Under the pieces are notes generated by a model. That model was not told the origin of the DNA. It worked only from the letters and a program-made list of their open reading frames with translations, and searched no databases. A program made the translations under genes and the position numbers. Below are positions 37,259-47,029 of a stretch of DNA of 51,787 bases, one piece after another. Source of the stretch: Saprospiraceae bacterium (GTDB taxonomy: Bacteria; Bacteroidota; Bacteroidia; Chitinophagales; Saprospiraceae); NCBI GenBank assembly GCA_041628815.1, contig JBFKOL010000001.1, forward strand, positions 1-51,787, in the 5' to 3' direction. The stretch's first letter is position 1, and every line of letters begins with the position of its first letter.

Positions 37259-38932
37259 TTAGTAAGTAAAGTTTACTGCAGTACTCGATGTGTTGGATCT
37301 CGAGTCCTTCGCAGTAATACTCAGTTGTCTGGACTTTGCGATTTTAGGTAAGTCGATTTTGGCACTGATGGTATGAGTTTTAAGGTCATAGCTGCAGAGT
37401 ATCCATTCCCCGTCGATCCGTACATCAAATTGAGTTTGATCTGCGGATTTTTGAGGCAGCAAATCATCTTTTATCAGCACCTTCAAGACATCAGAGTTGG
37501 GTCCTGGCAGGTTCAAGATTTCGATGGAAGGAGAAATAGTATCGATCATAAACACAAAGGAATCCAAGGAAGAAACGCGCCCCTCATAGAGCGTGTCATT
37601 AACACATTTGCCTCCATGATTCAACCATTCATCGCTCCCGTTAAGGCTAGCGAGAACAACTCTCCTGTCGCACTGCCGAATTTTGGTTTGTATGACAATG
37701 GGGTTAAATACCGGCACCGGTATGTCCTGCTTGAGATTGATCCAAAGTGAATCAGCAAGAACGCTCAGCCTGGTAGGAGTCGTGAACGTTCCGGCAGTGA
37801 TCAATACTTGGTGACCTGCAACTGAAATGTACCTGTTTTTATCGGGAATTACGCGCAATCTGTTGTCATCTTGAAAATGGGCATTGAGTGTATTTGTACG
37901 CTTGAGCGTGCAATTGAGTCGGCTCTTGTTGCCATGGAAGTCAGAGATGATGATTTGCACTGAACGGGGTATGTCCTCGTACAAGTCAATTTTACCCATG
38001 GCGTCATCGAGCTGATAGATTTTCAAGCCATTGTGCTTTTCCTTGTAGCATTTTGAGATGTATTTTTTTTCGAGCTTGCCTTCGTAATCCATGTGCGAGT
38101 GTAAATACTTGCTTTCTGAAAATGGAATTTCATCCAGGCGAAAAGAAAAACTGGGCACACCATCGACGAAAGCTTCCAGGCCATATATACCGTTGTGGTT
38201 GGATGCACCATTCATTGTGTCATAGGTATGAACACCCATGCCTACCAATAATGCACCCACTCGAATTGTACCCGATATGGGAGTGTAAGTTCCGTCCTCT
38301 GTTTTTTCTACAGCGAAATATTGTTTTGAGAGCACCTCTTCGTCGGGCGATAATTCGTAAACGGTGATTCCCCTTACAACAGGCGCATGATCGTCACTGG
38401 GCATGATACCAAAATGAAACGGGTTAAGCGGAGTCTGGTTACCCTTCTCACGGATTTCGAAATGAAGATGGGGGCCCGATGACTGGCCGGTGTTGCCCAT
38501 AATACCCAGAAATTCACCCTGAATGACAGGTAATTGGTTGCTATCGGGAAACAGCTGAATGCTGTAGACTTTTCTTTTGTACATCTCAGATTCAACAAAA
38601 CGCTGAATCTCAGGGGCGAAACGATCGAGGTGGGCATATACCGATGTGTAGCCCTGAGGATGATCCACATATATGGCATTACCGTACCCGCCAGGGAAAA
38701 CCGATATCCGGGAGACATGTCCTTGCGCAATGCTTCTAACGCTGTCAATACCCCATCCCATTTGTGGTTTGAAATCTATTCCAGCATGAAAGTGCCTTGA
38801 TCTTGGTTCGCCAAAAGATCCCGATAAAATGATCTTTCCGGACAATGGTGATTGGAATTCACGTGTTTCTCCCTGACTTGAAACGGCATGAGCGAACATT
38901 ACAAGAAACAAAGGGAGAATCAGCAATTTCAT
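37259..38932 (-). CDS. secreted M23-family (LytM-type) metallopeptidase with a long C-terminal extension
   Basis: 557-aa ORF with a signal peptide and the M23 motifs RHFHAGIDF and GNTGQSSGPHLHFEI. Confidence 0.85.
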   Translation of the reverse strand: MKLLILPLFLVMFAHAVSSQGETREFQSPLSGKIILSGSFGEPRSRHFHAGIDFKPQMGWGIDSVRSIAQGHVSRISVFPGGYGNAIYVDHPQGYTSVYAHLDRFAPEIQRFVESEMYKRKVYSIQLFPDSNQLPVIQGEFLGIMGNTGQSSGPHLHFEIREKGNQTPLNPFHFGIMPSDDHAPVVRGITVYELSPDEEVLSKQYFAVEKTEDGTYTPISGTIRVGALLVGMGVHTYDTMNGASNHNGIYGLEAFVDGVPSFSFRLDEIPFSESKYLHSHMDYEGKLEKKYISKCYKEKHNGLKIYQLDDAMGKIDLYEDIPRSVQIIISDFHGNKSRLNCTLKRTNTLNAHFQDDNRLRVIPDKNRYISVAGHQVLITAGTFTTPTRLSVLADSLWINLKQDIPVPVFNPIVIQTKIRQCDRRVVLASLNGSDEWLNHGGKCVNDTLYEGRVSSLDSFVFMIDTISPSIEILNLPGPNSDVLKVLIKDDLLPQKSADQTQFDVRIDGEWILCSYDLKTHTISAKIDLPKIAKSRQLSITAKDSRSNTSSTAVNFTY

Positions 38933-39975
38933 TGATTATCAATATGAATACTAATAGATTTTTGAAGGATGCTCAGGGCATCAAAGGGTGAAATTTTCCC
39001 TTTTGTTACCTGTTCTTGGAGGTTATTGGCAAGTGGCAGTTCCTTAAATTTTTTGATCAGCTGCGTGCTCACCTCTTCAATAAAAATTTTGGATACCCAT
39101 TTCGATGATGAGGTCAGCCTTTTCTTTTCCTTCTGGCCTGATTTCTCAATCGTTTCAAAGAATGAGTCGATCGTTTTTGCGATGGATTTCCAGCCTTCTC
39201 CAGTCTTACTTGAATAGAGCAGGTACGGTGTTTGCCAGTCTCCTTTTTCCGATGGCGATGAATGCGTGGCAGATTGGTATAAAGATCGGGTAGATCCCGC
39301 CAGCTCCTGCAATCCGGAGTCGGCTTTGTGAACGATACATATATCGGCGATCTCGAGTATCCCTTTCTTCATTCCTTGCAGTTGATCACCACCGCCCGGG
39401 CTGAGTAGGAGGATCGAACAATCTACGAGATCGAATACCTCTGTCTCATTTTGTCCTGCCCCGACGGTTTCTAGAATGATGAGTTCTTTTCCTGCCGCCT
39501 CGCAGAGGATGATAGCCTCAAATGTGTGGAGATTAAGACCTCCCAAATGATGTCTTGCTGGGCTGGGCCGGATGAATATTTCCTTTTTACCGGCCAGTCT
39601 TTGCATCCTCGTTTTATCGCCCAGAATGCTACCTTTTCCAAATTGGCTGCTGGGATCTATGGTGAGTATCGCGATGTTGTCGTCCTTCAAGGACCAATTG
39701 CTGATCATCGAATCAATAAAAGTACTTTTTCCCACTCCGGGACTTCCGGTGACGGCCATGCGCCGTGAGTTTCCGGAGTATGGATAACACTTCGTAAGAA
39801 TTTGTGAGGCCAGTGCCTTGTGGTCTTTCTGGTCGCTTTCGAGAATGGTAATAGCTTCTGAAAGGACGTAATCATTGCGGGCCGATAAAATCCCTTCCAG
39901 ATAATAATCCAGTGTCTTTGGATCTTTGCGGATCAAGTTCAAATAATCGTCAATATGAGGATTGAAACCATTCAT
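38929..39975 (-). CDS. meaB: MeaB/ArgK-like G3E-family P-loop GTPase
   Basis: 348-aa ORF with GSPGVGKSTF (P-loop), IDPSS...GSILGDKTRM, IRPSPARHHLGG, ETVGAGQNE and HKAD. Its stop overlaps the M23 peptidase start (ATGA at 38929-38932). Confidence 0.85.
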   Translation of the reverse strand: MNGFNPHIDDYLNLIRKDPKTLDYYLEGILSARNDYVLSEAITILESDQKDHKALASQILTKCYPYSGNSRRMAVTGSPGVGKSTFIDSMISNWSLKDDNIAILTIDPSSQFGKGSILGDKTRMQRLAGKKEIFIRPSPARHHLGGLNLHTFEAIILCEAAGKELIILETVGAGQNETEVFDLVDCSILLLSPGGGDQLQGMKKGILEIADICIVHKADSGLQELAGSTRSLYQSATHSSPSEKGDWQTPYLLYSSKTGEGWKSIAKTIDSFFETIEKSGQKEKKRLTSSSKWVSKIFIEEVSTQLIKKFKELPLANNLQEQVTKGKISPFDALSILQKSISIHIDNQ

Positions 39976-40162
39976 GTCGCAATGATTGTGTGCGAGAATC
40001 CCTCATTGTCCTTCAAAAATGCCAAGTGATTTTGGAATGCTGATTGTTCCAACCTCAGCCTTATAGCGGAAAATAATCGGGAAAGATAATGGAATATTCC
40101 ATAAACTTGTGGAACCAAATGAACGTTTCGGCGTTATTCCATTCAAAAGTAATAAAGGTTTC

Positions 40163-41383
40163 ATGGCAGTAAGAAAGATATATCTTGACAACAATTCGAC
40201 GACTCCGTGTGATCCGAGGGTCGTGGAGGCAATGTTGCCTTATTTCAATGAACATTTTGGCAATGCGGCAAGCCGTAGTCATCCTTTTGGCTGGCAAGCC
40301 GAAGAAGGTGTGGATTACGCCCGTGAGCAAATCGCACGACTGATCAATGTCAATCCTAAGGAGATCATCTTCACATCCGGAGCTACCGAATCTGACAACC
40401 TGGCGCTGAAAGGGGTCTATGAGATGTACGCCCGAAAAGGTAATCACATCATAACCCTTCAAACGGAGCATAAGGCTGTGCTGGATTCGTGTAAAATACT
40501 TGAAAAGAAAGGAGCGGAGGTGACCTATTTGTCTGTTGGAAGGGACGGCCTCGTCGATTTACAACAGCTCGAAGATGCCATAAAGGACAAAACCATACTG
40601 GTATCGGTAATGTGGGCCAATAATGAAACCGGCGTGATTCAACCAATGAAGGAGATAGGTGAGATATGTGCCAAACACGGTGTCTTGTTTATGAGTGATG
40701 CGACTCAGGCTGTCGGGAAGATACCGGTAGATCCCAAGGCTGTAGGCATCCATCTCATGGCGTTTACCGCGCACAAGATGTATGGGCCAAAAGGATGTGG
40801 CGCTCTCTTCGTAAACAGGAAAAATCCTCGGGTCAAAGTAACGGCCCAATTGGATGGTGGTGGGCATGAACGGGGCATGCGAAGCGGTACGCTCAACGTG
40901 CCTGGAATTGTTGGCTTCGGTACTGCCGCTGAATTGGCGCGTCATGAGATGAAGGAAGAAGCCCAGCGGCTTAGTGTCTTGCGAGACAAGTTGGAGAAAG
41001 GCCTGATGGCCGGCCTCGAAGAAGTATACATCAATGGCACCACCCAACACAGGATGCCACATGTGACCAACCTTTCCTTTAAACATGTTGAAGGGGAAGG
41101 GCTGATGATGACATTCAACCAGAACATAGCTGTTTCATCCGGATCGGCATGTACTTCAGCATCTCTGGAACCAAGTTATGTCTTGATGGCTTTGGGACTG
41201 GGAGACGACTTGGCACATTCATCCATCCGTCTCAGTCTCGGCAGGTTTAACACCGAGGAAGATGTGGATTTTGCCATCGAAGCTATCTCAAAAGGTGTCA
41301 ACCATATGCGTGACCTCAGTCCCATATGGGAAATGTACAAAGAAGGTGTGGATCTCGACAGCGTGGTTTGGACTGCACATTGA
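40163..41383 (+). CDS. iscS: cysteine desulfurase (IscS/NifS type, PLP-dependent)
   Basis: MAVRKIYLDNNSTTP..., the PLP-lysine context AFTAHKMYGPKG, and the active-site loop SSGSACTS. I preferred ATG at 40163 over the GTG-extended track start (40109). Confidence 0.93.
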   Translation: MAVRKIYLDNNSTTPCDPRVVEAMLPYFNEHFGNAASRSHPFGWQAEEGVDYAREQIARLINVNPKEIIFTSGATESDNLALKGVYEMYARKGNHIITLQTEHKAVLDSCKILEKKGAEVTYLSVGRDGLVDLQQLEDAIKDKTILVSVMWANNETGVIQPMKEIGEICAKHGVLFMSDATQAVGKIPVDPKAVGIHLMAFTAHKMYGPKGCGALFVNRKNPRVKVTAQLDGGGHERGMRSGTLNVPGIVGFGTAAELARHEMKEEAQRLSVLRDKLEKGLMAGLEEVYINGTTQHRMPHVTNLSFKHVEGEGLMMTFNQNIAVSSGSACTSASLEPSYVLMALGLGDDLAHSSIRLSLGRFNTEEDVDFAIEAISKGVNHMRDLSPIWEMYKEGVDLDSVVWTAH

Positions 41384-41447
41384 ACGCAGTAGATCGAGGG
41401 AACATTCTCCGTATGAATATTGTTACCTTTGCATAAATCAAATACAA

Positions 41448-41840
41448 ATGGCTTACTCACAGAAAGTTTTGGAACACTTTAAAAATCCACGCAATGTGGG
41501 CACACTGGATAAAACCAAGAAAACGGTCGGTACGGGTTTAGTTGGTGCGCCGGAATGTGGTGACGTGATGAGACTCCAAATTGAAGTCGATGAAGGCACT
41601 CAAAAAATCGTTGATGCCAAGTTCAAAACATTTGGTTGTGGCTCGGCAATAGCCTCCAGTTCTCTGGCTACAGAATGGTTGAAAGGCAAGTCGATTGACG
41701 ACGCGATGAAAATAGATAATATGGACATCGTCGAAGAATTGGCCCTGCCACCCGTCAAAATCCATTGTTCGGTCTTGGCGGAGGACGCGATCAAAAGTGC
41801 CATTGGCGACTACAAGAAGAAAAACAATATGGCTGATTGA
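41448..41840 (+). CDS. iscU: Fe-S cluster assembly scaffold IscU/NifU-like
   Basis: MAYSQKVLEHFKNPRNVG...GAPECGDVMRLQI...FKTFGCGSAIASSS...LPPVKIHCSVLAEDA, with the three conserved Cys and the LPPVK motif. ATG at 41448; the track ORF is 5'-extended. Confidence 0.93.
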   Translation: MAYSQKVLEHFKNPRNVGTLDKTKKTVGTGLVGAPECGDVMRLQIEVDEGTQKIVDAKFKTFGCGSAIASSSLATEWLKGKSIDDAMKIDNMDIVEELALPPVKIHCSVLAEDAIKSAIGDYKKKNNMAD

Positions 41841-41866
41841 CAGATCAGTCTTAAAAGATCGGATTC

Positions 41867-42193
41867 ATGCTTTTTGTTGGTGACAGTGCCAAATCAAAGA
41901 TTGAAGAACTCATGCGCCATGAGGACTTGGGGGAGGATTTCTTCGTCCGAGTATCTGTAACCAGTGGCGGCTGTTCAGGTCTGACCTACCATATGGATTT
42001 TGACAATGAGTCAAGAGAAAATGATCAGGTATTTGAAGACAATGGCGTCAAAGTGGTCACAGATCTAAGAAGTTTTTTGTACCTGTGCAACACTACGCTT
42101 GAGTTTAGTGGTGGCCTGAACGGCAAGGGTTTTTACTTCAACAATCCCAATGCCGCCCGGACTTGCGGATGCGGCGAAAGCTTTGCCGTCTAA
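41867..42193 (+). CDS. iscA: IscA/HesB-family iron-sulfur cluster insertion protein
   Basis: 108-aa ORF with SGGCSG and the C-terminal CGCGESF motif, directly after iscS-iscU. Confidence 0.88.
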   Translation: MLFVGDSAKSKIEELMRHEDLGEDFFVRVSVTSGGCSGLTYHMDFDNESRENDQVFEDNGVKVVTDLRSFLYLCNTTLEFSGGLNGKGFYFNNPNAARTCGCGESFAV

Positions 42194-42319
42194 TCCAGGG
42201 TTTCCCATGATAAAGATTTTTTCGGTAGGGTTTAATTTAAGCCCGCGGTGAAATTTTTAATTTTGTTCGTAATCGGGTATGATTATTGAGCTACCTTTGT
42301 TGCAAAACCAGGTCTACTC

Positions 42320-42718
42320 TTGGAAGTTTATCAATTTATAGCACCGGCGCTGGCATTTTATTACATCGTTCGGCTTATCGTTGAGTTCAGGAAAAGAAAA
42401 AAGTTCCTGTTCACCAATGTAGTATGGCTTGGTTTCTGGGTGATCATTGGCATTTTGGGGATTATCCCTCATGAATTGTCAACGAAGATTGCCGCATGGT
42501 TGGGATTTGCCAGCAATATCAATGCCATCATATTTATTGTTCTGGCTTTTGTCATAATCCTTACGTTCTACCTATCTGGTAAAATTGACAATCTCGAAAG
42601 AAAAATTACCGAACTCGTCCGACAGTTGGCACTCGACGAAAGCAAGATAAGGGAGCTGGAGAGAAAGCGTCTTACGGATCAGCAGGAAAGCGAGCGCTCG
42701 GTACTGGAAAAGGTATGA
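42320..42718 (+). CDS. small membrane protein (DUF2304-like) coupled to a glycosyltransferase
   Basis: 132-aa ORF (TTG start) with three hydrophobic helices and then a charged coiled tail (NLERKITELVRQLALDESKIRELERK). Its stop overlaps the glycosyltransferase start (ATGA). Confidence 0.55.
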   Translation: MEVYQFIAPALAFYYIVRLIVEFRKRKKFLFTNVVWLGFWVIIGILGIIPHELSTKIAAWLGFASNINAIIFIVLAFVIILTFYLSGKIDNLERKITELVRQLALDESKIRELERKRLTDQQESERSVLEKV

Positions 42719-43809
42719 AAGTCCTTTTCATACTGGAATATTTTCATCCCCATATAGGAGGAGTCGAAACACTTTTCAAGCATCTCACCGAATCACTGGT
42801 ACAAAAAGGTGTCGATGTAGTCGTGGTGACCAACAAATATCATTCGAAGTTGCCATTCCACGAAGACATAAATGGAGTACGCATATACAGGTACCCTTTC
42901 AAAAACCGATACATATTCACATTCCTCGGATGGATACCAGCATTAAAATGGGCAAGATCAGCTGATATCATTCACTCGACATCCTACAATGCTGCATTCC
43001 CGGCATGGCTGGCAGCTAAACTTCTTCGGAAAAAGAAATTGATCACGTTCCACGAATTTTGGGGTAAAACCTGGTTTGAACTTCCTTTTTTGTCGAGGTT
43101 CTCAGCGTACCTGCATCATATTATGGAGCGGTTGATTATCTACTTTGCATTTGATCACTACGTGGCGGTTTCTGACTTCACGATGGCGGCTTTGCGGGAA
43201 GCTGGTGTTCCCGCGGACAGAATATCCAGGATATACAATGGAATACCTGCAAGAACTGAACTTTCTCCAAAACCAGATAGGCCGGCGGGCAGTACTTTTC
43301 GATTTTTATATTTTGGAAGGTTGAGCTATTCCAAAGGGTTGGATGTTCTCATCAGGGCGGCTGGTCAGTTGAAGCAGTGGGATGAGTCCTTTGCAGTGGA
43401 GGTAGTTACCTCACCCGGTCCCACGTGGATGTTGAGGGCTGTAAAGCGCATGGCTGATGAAGAGTCATTGGGTGATTGTATCAGTTGGTATTTTGAGCTT
43501 CCGGGCGATGAACTTAGGAAAAAGATACAGAGTTCAGATGCGGTTGTAATCCCGTCCTACAGCGAAGGTTTTTGCTTTGCCGCTGTGGAGACGATAGATC
43601 TTGGCACGCCTGTCGTGTCTTCAGGCAGGGGAGCCCTGAAAGAAGTCGTTTCAGGGAAATACGTCGAAGCAGAGAAATTAACCCCTGTCGAGTTGGCAAG
43701 GGCCATGCAGAAGGCGATAAATGGAGACTGGTCCGTCAGGATGCCCATTAATTTTCCTCTTGAGACTACCATCGAAGAGTATATGCAGCTATACAGTGTA
43801 ATCAGGTAG
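42715..43809 (+). CDS. GT-B fold glycosyltransferase (family 4-like)
   Basis: 364-aa ORF beginning MKVLFILEYFHPHIGGVE. The C-terminal half contains the E-x7-E region (PSYSEGFCFAAVETIDLGTPVV). Confidence 0.8.
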   Translation: MKVLFILEYFHPHIGGVETLFKHLTESLVQKGVDVVVVTNKYHSKLPFHEDINGVRIYRYPFKNRYIFTFLGWIPALKWARSADIIHSTSYNAAFPAWLAAKLLRKKKLITFHEFWGKTWFELPFLSRFSAYLHHIMERLIIYFAFDHYVAVSDFTMAALREAGVPADRISRIYNGIPARTELSPKPDRPAGSTFRFLYFGRLSYSKGLDVLIRAAGQLKQWDESFAVEVVTSPGPTWMLRAVKRMADEESLGDCISWYFELPGDELRKKIQSSDAVVIPSYSEGFCFAAVETIDLGTPVVSSGRGALKEVVSGKYVEAEKLTPVELARAMQKAINGDWSVRMPINFPLETTIEEYMQLYSVIR

Positions 43810-44496
43810 TCAGATCATGCCTTCATCTGCAAAACTTAGATAGTACCCATTCCCCACAATCAGGTGATCAAGTACTTTCACTTCCAATAATTTTCCAGCT
43901 TCTACCACCTTACGCGTAAGCTGTATGTCCTCTTTGCTGGGAGAAAGATTGCCGGATGGATGATTGTGAAATAAGATTATCGAGGAAGCCGATCTTAAAA
44001 GTGACCGGTTGAATATAATCTTGGGATCCACGACGGTCGCTGATATGCCACCTGCGCTTATGCGTTCTTTGCTGAGGATCTGATTCCGTCTGTTGAGACA
44101 AGCGATCCAGAATTCTTCATGGCCCAGGTCTGCAAGAAATGGACCCAGGAGATTGTACGCATCACTGCTTGAAGATATCACGGCCCGGGAGGATACCGGC
44201 GTCATCAGTTTTCTCCTGCCCAACTCCATGGCCGCGACGAGCGATACAGATTTTGCGAGCCCCATGCCTTTAAACTGTCTGAAGAAATCCAGCGACTTGC
44301 TACCGAGCTCACCGAGACCACCAGAGTCCTGAAGAATCCTTTGAGCCAAAGATAACGCAGACTCCTCCCGTGAGCCAGAACCAATCAATATGGCCAGCAA
44401 TTCTGCCGTAGAAAGGTATTCTTTACCCTTTTGAACCAACTTCTCTCTTGGCCTTTCATCTTCGCTCCAATCCTTGATGGGTTTTTCTGATTTCAT
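43810..44496 (-). CDS. radC: RadC-family JAB/MPN domain protein
   Basis: 228-aa ORF with an N-terminal HhH-like segment (ELLAILIGSGS) and the JAMM motif HNHPSGNLSPSKED. Confidence 0.9.
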   Translation of the reverse strand: MKSEKPIKDWSEDERPREKLVQKGKEYLSTAELLAILIGSGSREESALSLAQRILQDSGGLGELGSKSLDFFRQFKGMGLAKSVSLVAAMELGRRKLMTPVSSRAVISSSSDAYNLLGPFLADLGHEEFWIACLNRRNQILSKERISAGGISATVVDPKIIFNRSLLRSASSIILFHNHPSGNLSPSKEDIQLTRKVVEAGKLLEVKVLDHLIVGNGYYLSFADEGMI

Positions 44497-44706
44497 ATCC
44501 CTTGTAACCCATTCCTCAATATAGCTGATTGAGGTGACTATTTATAAAGTTCACCTTCACTTACTTTTTATCCTCTGAACCTGTCAGTAACCGAGTATGA
44601 TTTATTGTTGAAAGCGGCGGGAATCATAATCCGACAGAATCAGCCATTTGTGGACAAATACGGATGGGGCATCCTTCGCCGATTGACATAAAAGCTGGAA
44701 GCATTT

Positions 44707-44739
44707 AACTTGCCGACAGTTTAAAACTGTCGGCAAGTT
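44707..44739. repeat. perfect 16-bp inverted repeat with 1-nt spacer
   Basis: AACTTGCCGACAGTTT a AAACTGTCGGCAAGTT, read directly. Lies in the radC / decarboxylase-operon intergenic region. Confidence 0.9.
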
Positions 44740-44912
44740 CCGCAGATCTGTCTATTTTTTTGGGTATGGAGCATGGTGTTTAGGATCCATGTTATTGATA
44801 GAAAATTGAATGGGTCATTTTCAACCATCCATTCAGCAAGTTCAATTTAGAACCTTGATGCAGTGGTCTCAGTTCTAATTTTGTACTTTACGATACTTTA
44901 AGACTGAGGTAT

Positions 44913-45197
44913 ATGAATCCGGAATTACAACAAGCTGTCACCATTCTTCTGGTGGGGATGTCTACCGTATTCTTTATTCTTCTTTTGGTAGTCATTTCCG
45001 CACGCGTCATCATAGCACTGACCAACAGATTCACTGTAAATGAAGAAATACGGATACAGGGCAGGACAGTAAGGGCAGCGTCTCCCAGGTCCCACCTGCC
45101 GTCGCATCACCAGAAAGTGATTCATCTCTCGGTACAACAACTATCGGGTGGGTTGGGTGTGATAGAACATATAGAAAAATTGGGTAAGACAGAATGA
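44913..45197 (+). CDS. OadG-like small membrane subunit of a Na+-translocating decarboxylase
   Basis: 94-aa ORF with a single N-terminal TM helix (AVTILLVGMSTVFFILLLVVISARVII). Its stop overlaps the alpha-subunit start (ATGA). Confidence 0.6.
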   Translation: MNPELQQAVTILLVGMSTVFFILLLVVISARVIIALTNRFTVNEEIRIQGRTVRAASPRSHLPSHHQKVIHLSVQQLSGGLGVIEHIEKLGKTE

Positions 45198-47029
45198 TGC
45201 GCAAAGAAATCAAGTTTTGCCTGGTTTACAGGGATATGTGGCAGGCATCGGGTAAGTATATGCCCAGGGCCGATCAACTTGAAGAGGTGGCCCCCGCGAT
45301 CATTGAGATGGATTGTTTTACGCGTGTGGAGACCAATGGCGGAGGTTTTGAACAGATCAACCTGTTATACGGAGAAAACCCAAACTTGTCTGTCAGGAGA
45401 TGGACGGCTGCCTTTAACAAGGTGGGTATTCAAACCCAGATGCTCGAGCGTGGATTGAACGGCATCCGGATGAGTCCGGTTCCACTGGATGTGAGGAAAT
45501 TGATGTTTTACGTAAAAAAGAAACAAGGCACCGATATATCTCGCTCTTTCGATGGATTGAACAATCCCCAGAATCTCGAATACTCCTTTCAGTATGCAAG
45601 GGAAGGTGGAATGATAGCCCAGGGTGCATTGAGCCTCACATTCTCGCCAATACATACAGTTGATTATTATATTGAGCTTGCCGATTCATTTATTGATCTT
45701 GGGGCACAGGAGATTTGCATAAAGGACATGGCCGGTATCGGCAGACCGGTGTCCATAGGTAAAATCATCAACGGTATCCGAAAAAGGCATCCCGAGATTA
45801 TTATACAATATCACGGTCATTCTACGCCTGGATTTTCCATAGCTTCTTCGCTGGAGGCAGCGCGCAATGGGGCCGATATCATCGATGTGGGTATGGAACC
45901 ATTGTCGTGGGGAACCGGCCATGCAGATCTTCTTTCGGTCCATGCCATGCTGAAAGATGCCGGTTTTGTCCTGCCAAAAGTCAACATGGATGCCTATATG
46001 GAGGTGAGGAGACTGACCCAGAAATTCATTGATGATTTCTTAGGATACTACATCAACCCCAGGAACCGGTACATGAATTCGCTCATTATTGGTCCTGGTT
46101 TACCGGGGGGTATGATGGGAAGTTTGATGGCTGACCTGGAAAAGAATCTGGCCAGCCTCAACCGTTGGATGGATAAAAATGGAAAACCTCACGTCACCCA
46201 AGATAAATTGCTCAATGAACTTTTCAAGGAAGTAGAATTCATTTGGCCCAAGATGGGATACCCACCGTTGGTTACACCGTTCAGCCAATATGTGAAGAAC
46301 ACTGCCTTGATGAATGTCATGCAGATGTATAAGGGAAAGGAAAGGTGGAGCATGATTGACGAAAATACCTGGAACATGTTGTTGGGCAGGTCGGGTCAAT
46401 TGCCTGGTGGGCTGGCTCCGGAACTGGTCGAACTGGCCAAGTCGCTGGGGAAGGAATTTTACGGTGACAATCCCCAGAAGTTGTATCCCAATCAGCTGCC
46501 AGAGTTCGAACGCCAGATGCGAGAAGCTCAATGGTCAGAGGGACAGGATCGCGAGGAATTGATGGAATTTGCCATGCATCCTAAGCAGTATGAAGATTTT
46601 AAATCCGGCAAGGCGAAAGAAAAGTTCGAAGAAGACTTGATGAAAAGGAAGCAAGTTCAGATGGAAGTGACAGGGCCTGCTAAGCCTACGGATTTAATTA
46701 TTGAAGTGGAAGGTGCTCGGTATGCCGTAAAAGTCGCATATGGCGACGATAAGCTACAAGATCAAAAAGACGCGCCCGCAACATCAACTACAAAAAGCTA
46801 TCAGACGATTGTTTCCCCGCTGGAAGGGAAATTCCTCATTTCGGATGGTAAATCAGGCCCGGTTATTCGATTGGGTGACCGTATTGTCAAGGGCGACATC
46901 ATCGGCTATGTGGAATCCATGAAAGTCCTCAATGCCATATCTGCAGACAAAGAAGGAATAGTCACGGAAATTGTGGCCCGCGACGGGGAGGACATTTTCG
47001 AAGATGACGTCATTGTCAAACTGGAATGA
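45194..47029 (+). CDS. biotin-dependent decarboxylase alpha subunit (OadA/PycB-type carboxyltransferase TIM barrel plus C-terminal biotinyl domain)
   Basis: 611-aa ORF with ICIKDMAGIGRP (carbamylated-Lys context) and QYHGHSTPG (HxH metal ligands). The C-terminal biotin attachment motif is VESMKVLNAI. Confidence 0.85.
   Translation: MMRKEIKFCLVYRDMWQASGKYMPRADQLEEVAPAIIEMDCFTRVETNGGGFEQINLLYGENPNLSVRRWTAAFNKVGIQTQMLERGLNGIRMSPVPLDVRKLMFYVKKKQGTDISRSFDGLNNPQNLEYSFQYAREGGMIAQGALSLTFSPIHTVDYYIELADSFIDLGAQEICIKDMAGIGRPVSIGKIINGIRKRHPEIIIQYHGHSTPGFSIASSLEAARNGADIIDVGMEPLSWGTGHADLLSVHAMLKDAGFVLPKVNMDAYMEVRRLTQKFIDDFLGYYINPRNRYMNSLIIGPGLPGGMMGSLMADLEKNLASLNRWMDKNGKPHVTQDKLLNELFKEVEFIWPKMGYPPLVTPFSQYVKNTALMNVMQMYKGKERWSMIDENTWNMLLGRSGQLPGGLAPELVELAKSLGKEFYGDNPQKLYPNQLPEFERQMREAQWSEGQDREELMEFAMHPKQYEDFKSGKAKEKFEEDLMKRKQVQMEVTGPAKPTDLIIEVEGARYAVKVAYGDDKLQDQKDAPATSTTKSYQTIVSPLEGKFLISDGKSGPVIRLGDRIVKGDIIGYVESMKVLNAISADKEGIVTEIVARDGEDIFEDDVIVKLE

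Noticed and set aside
43810-44496. RadC/JAB protein as a marker of a mobile element or anti-restriction island
   Set aside because: It is full-length RadC with the usual N-terminal HhH-like region, flanked by housekeeping-type genes. No conjugation, phage or transposase genes are nearby.
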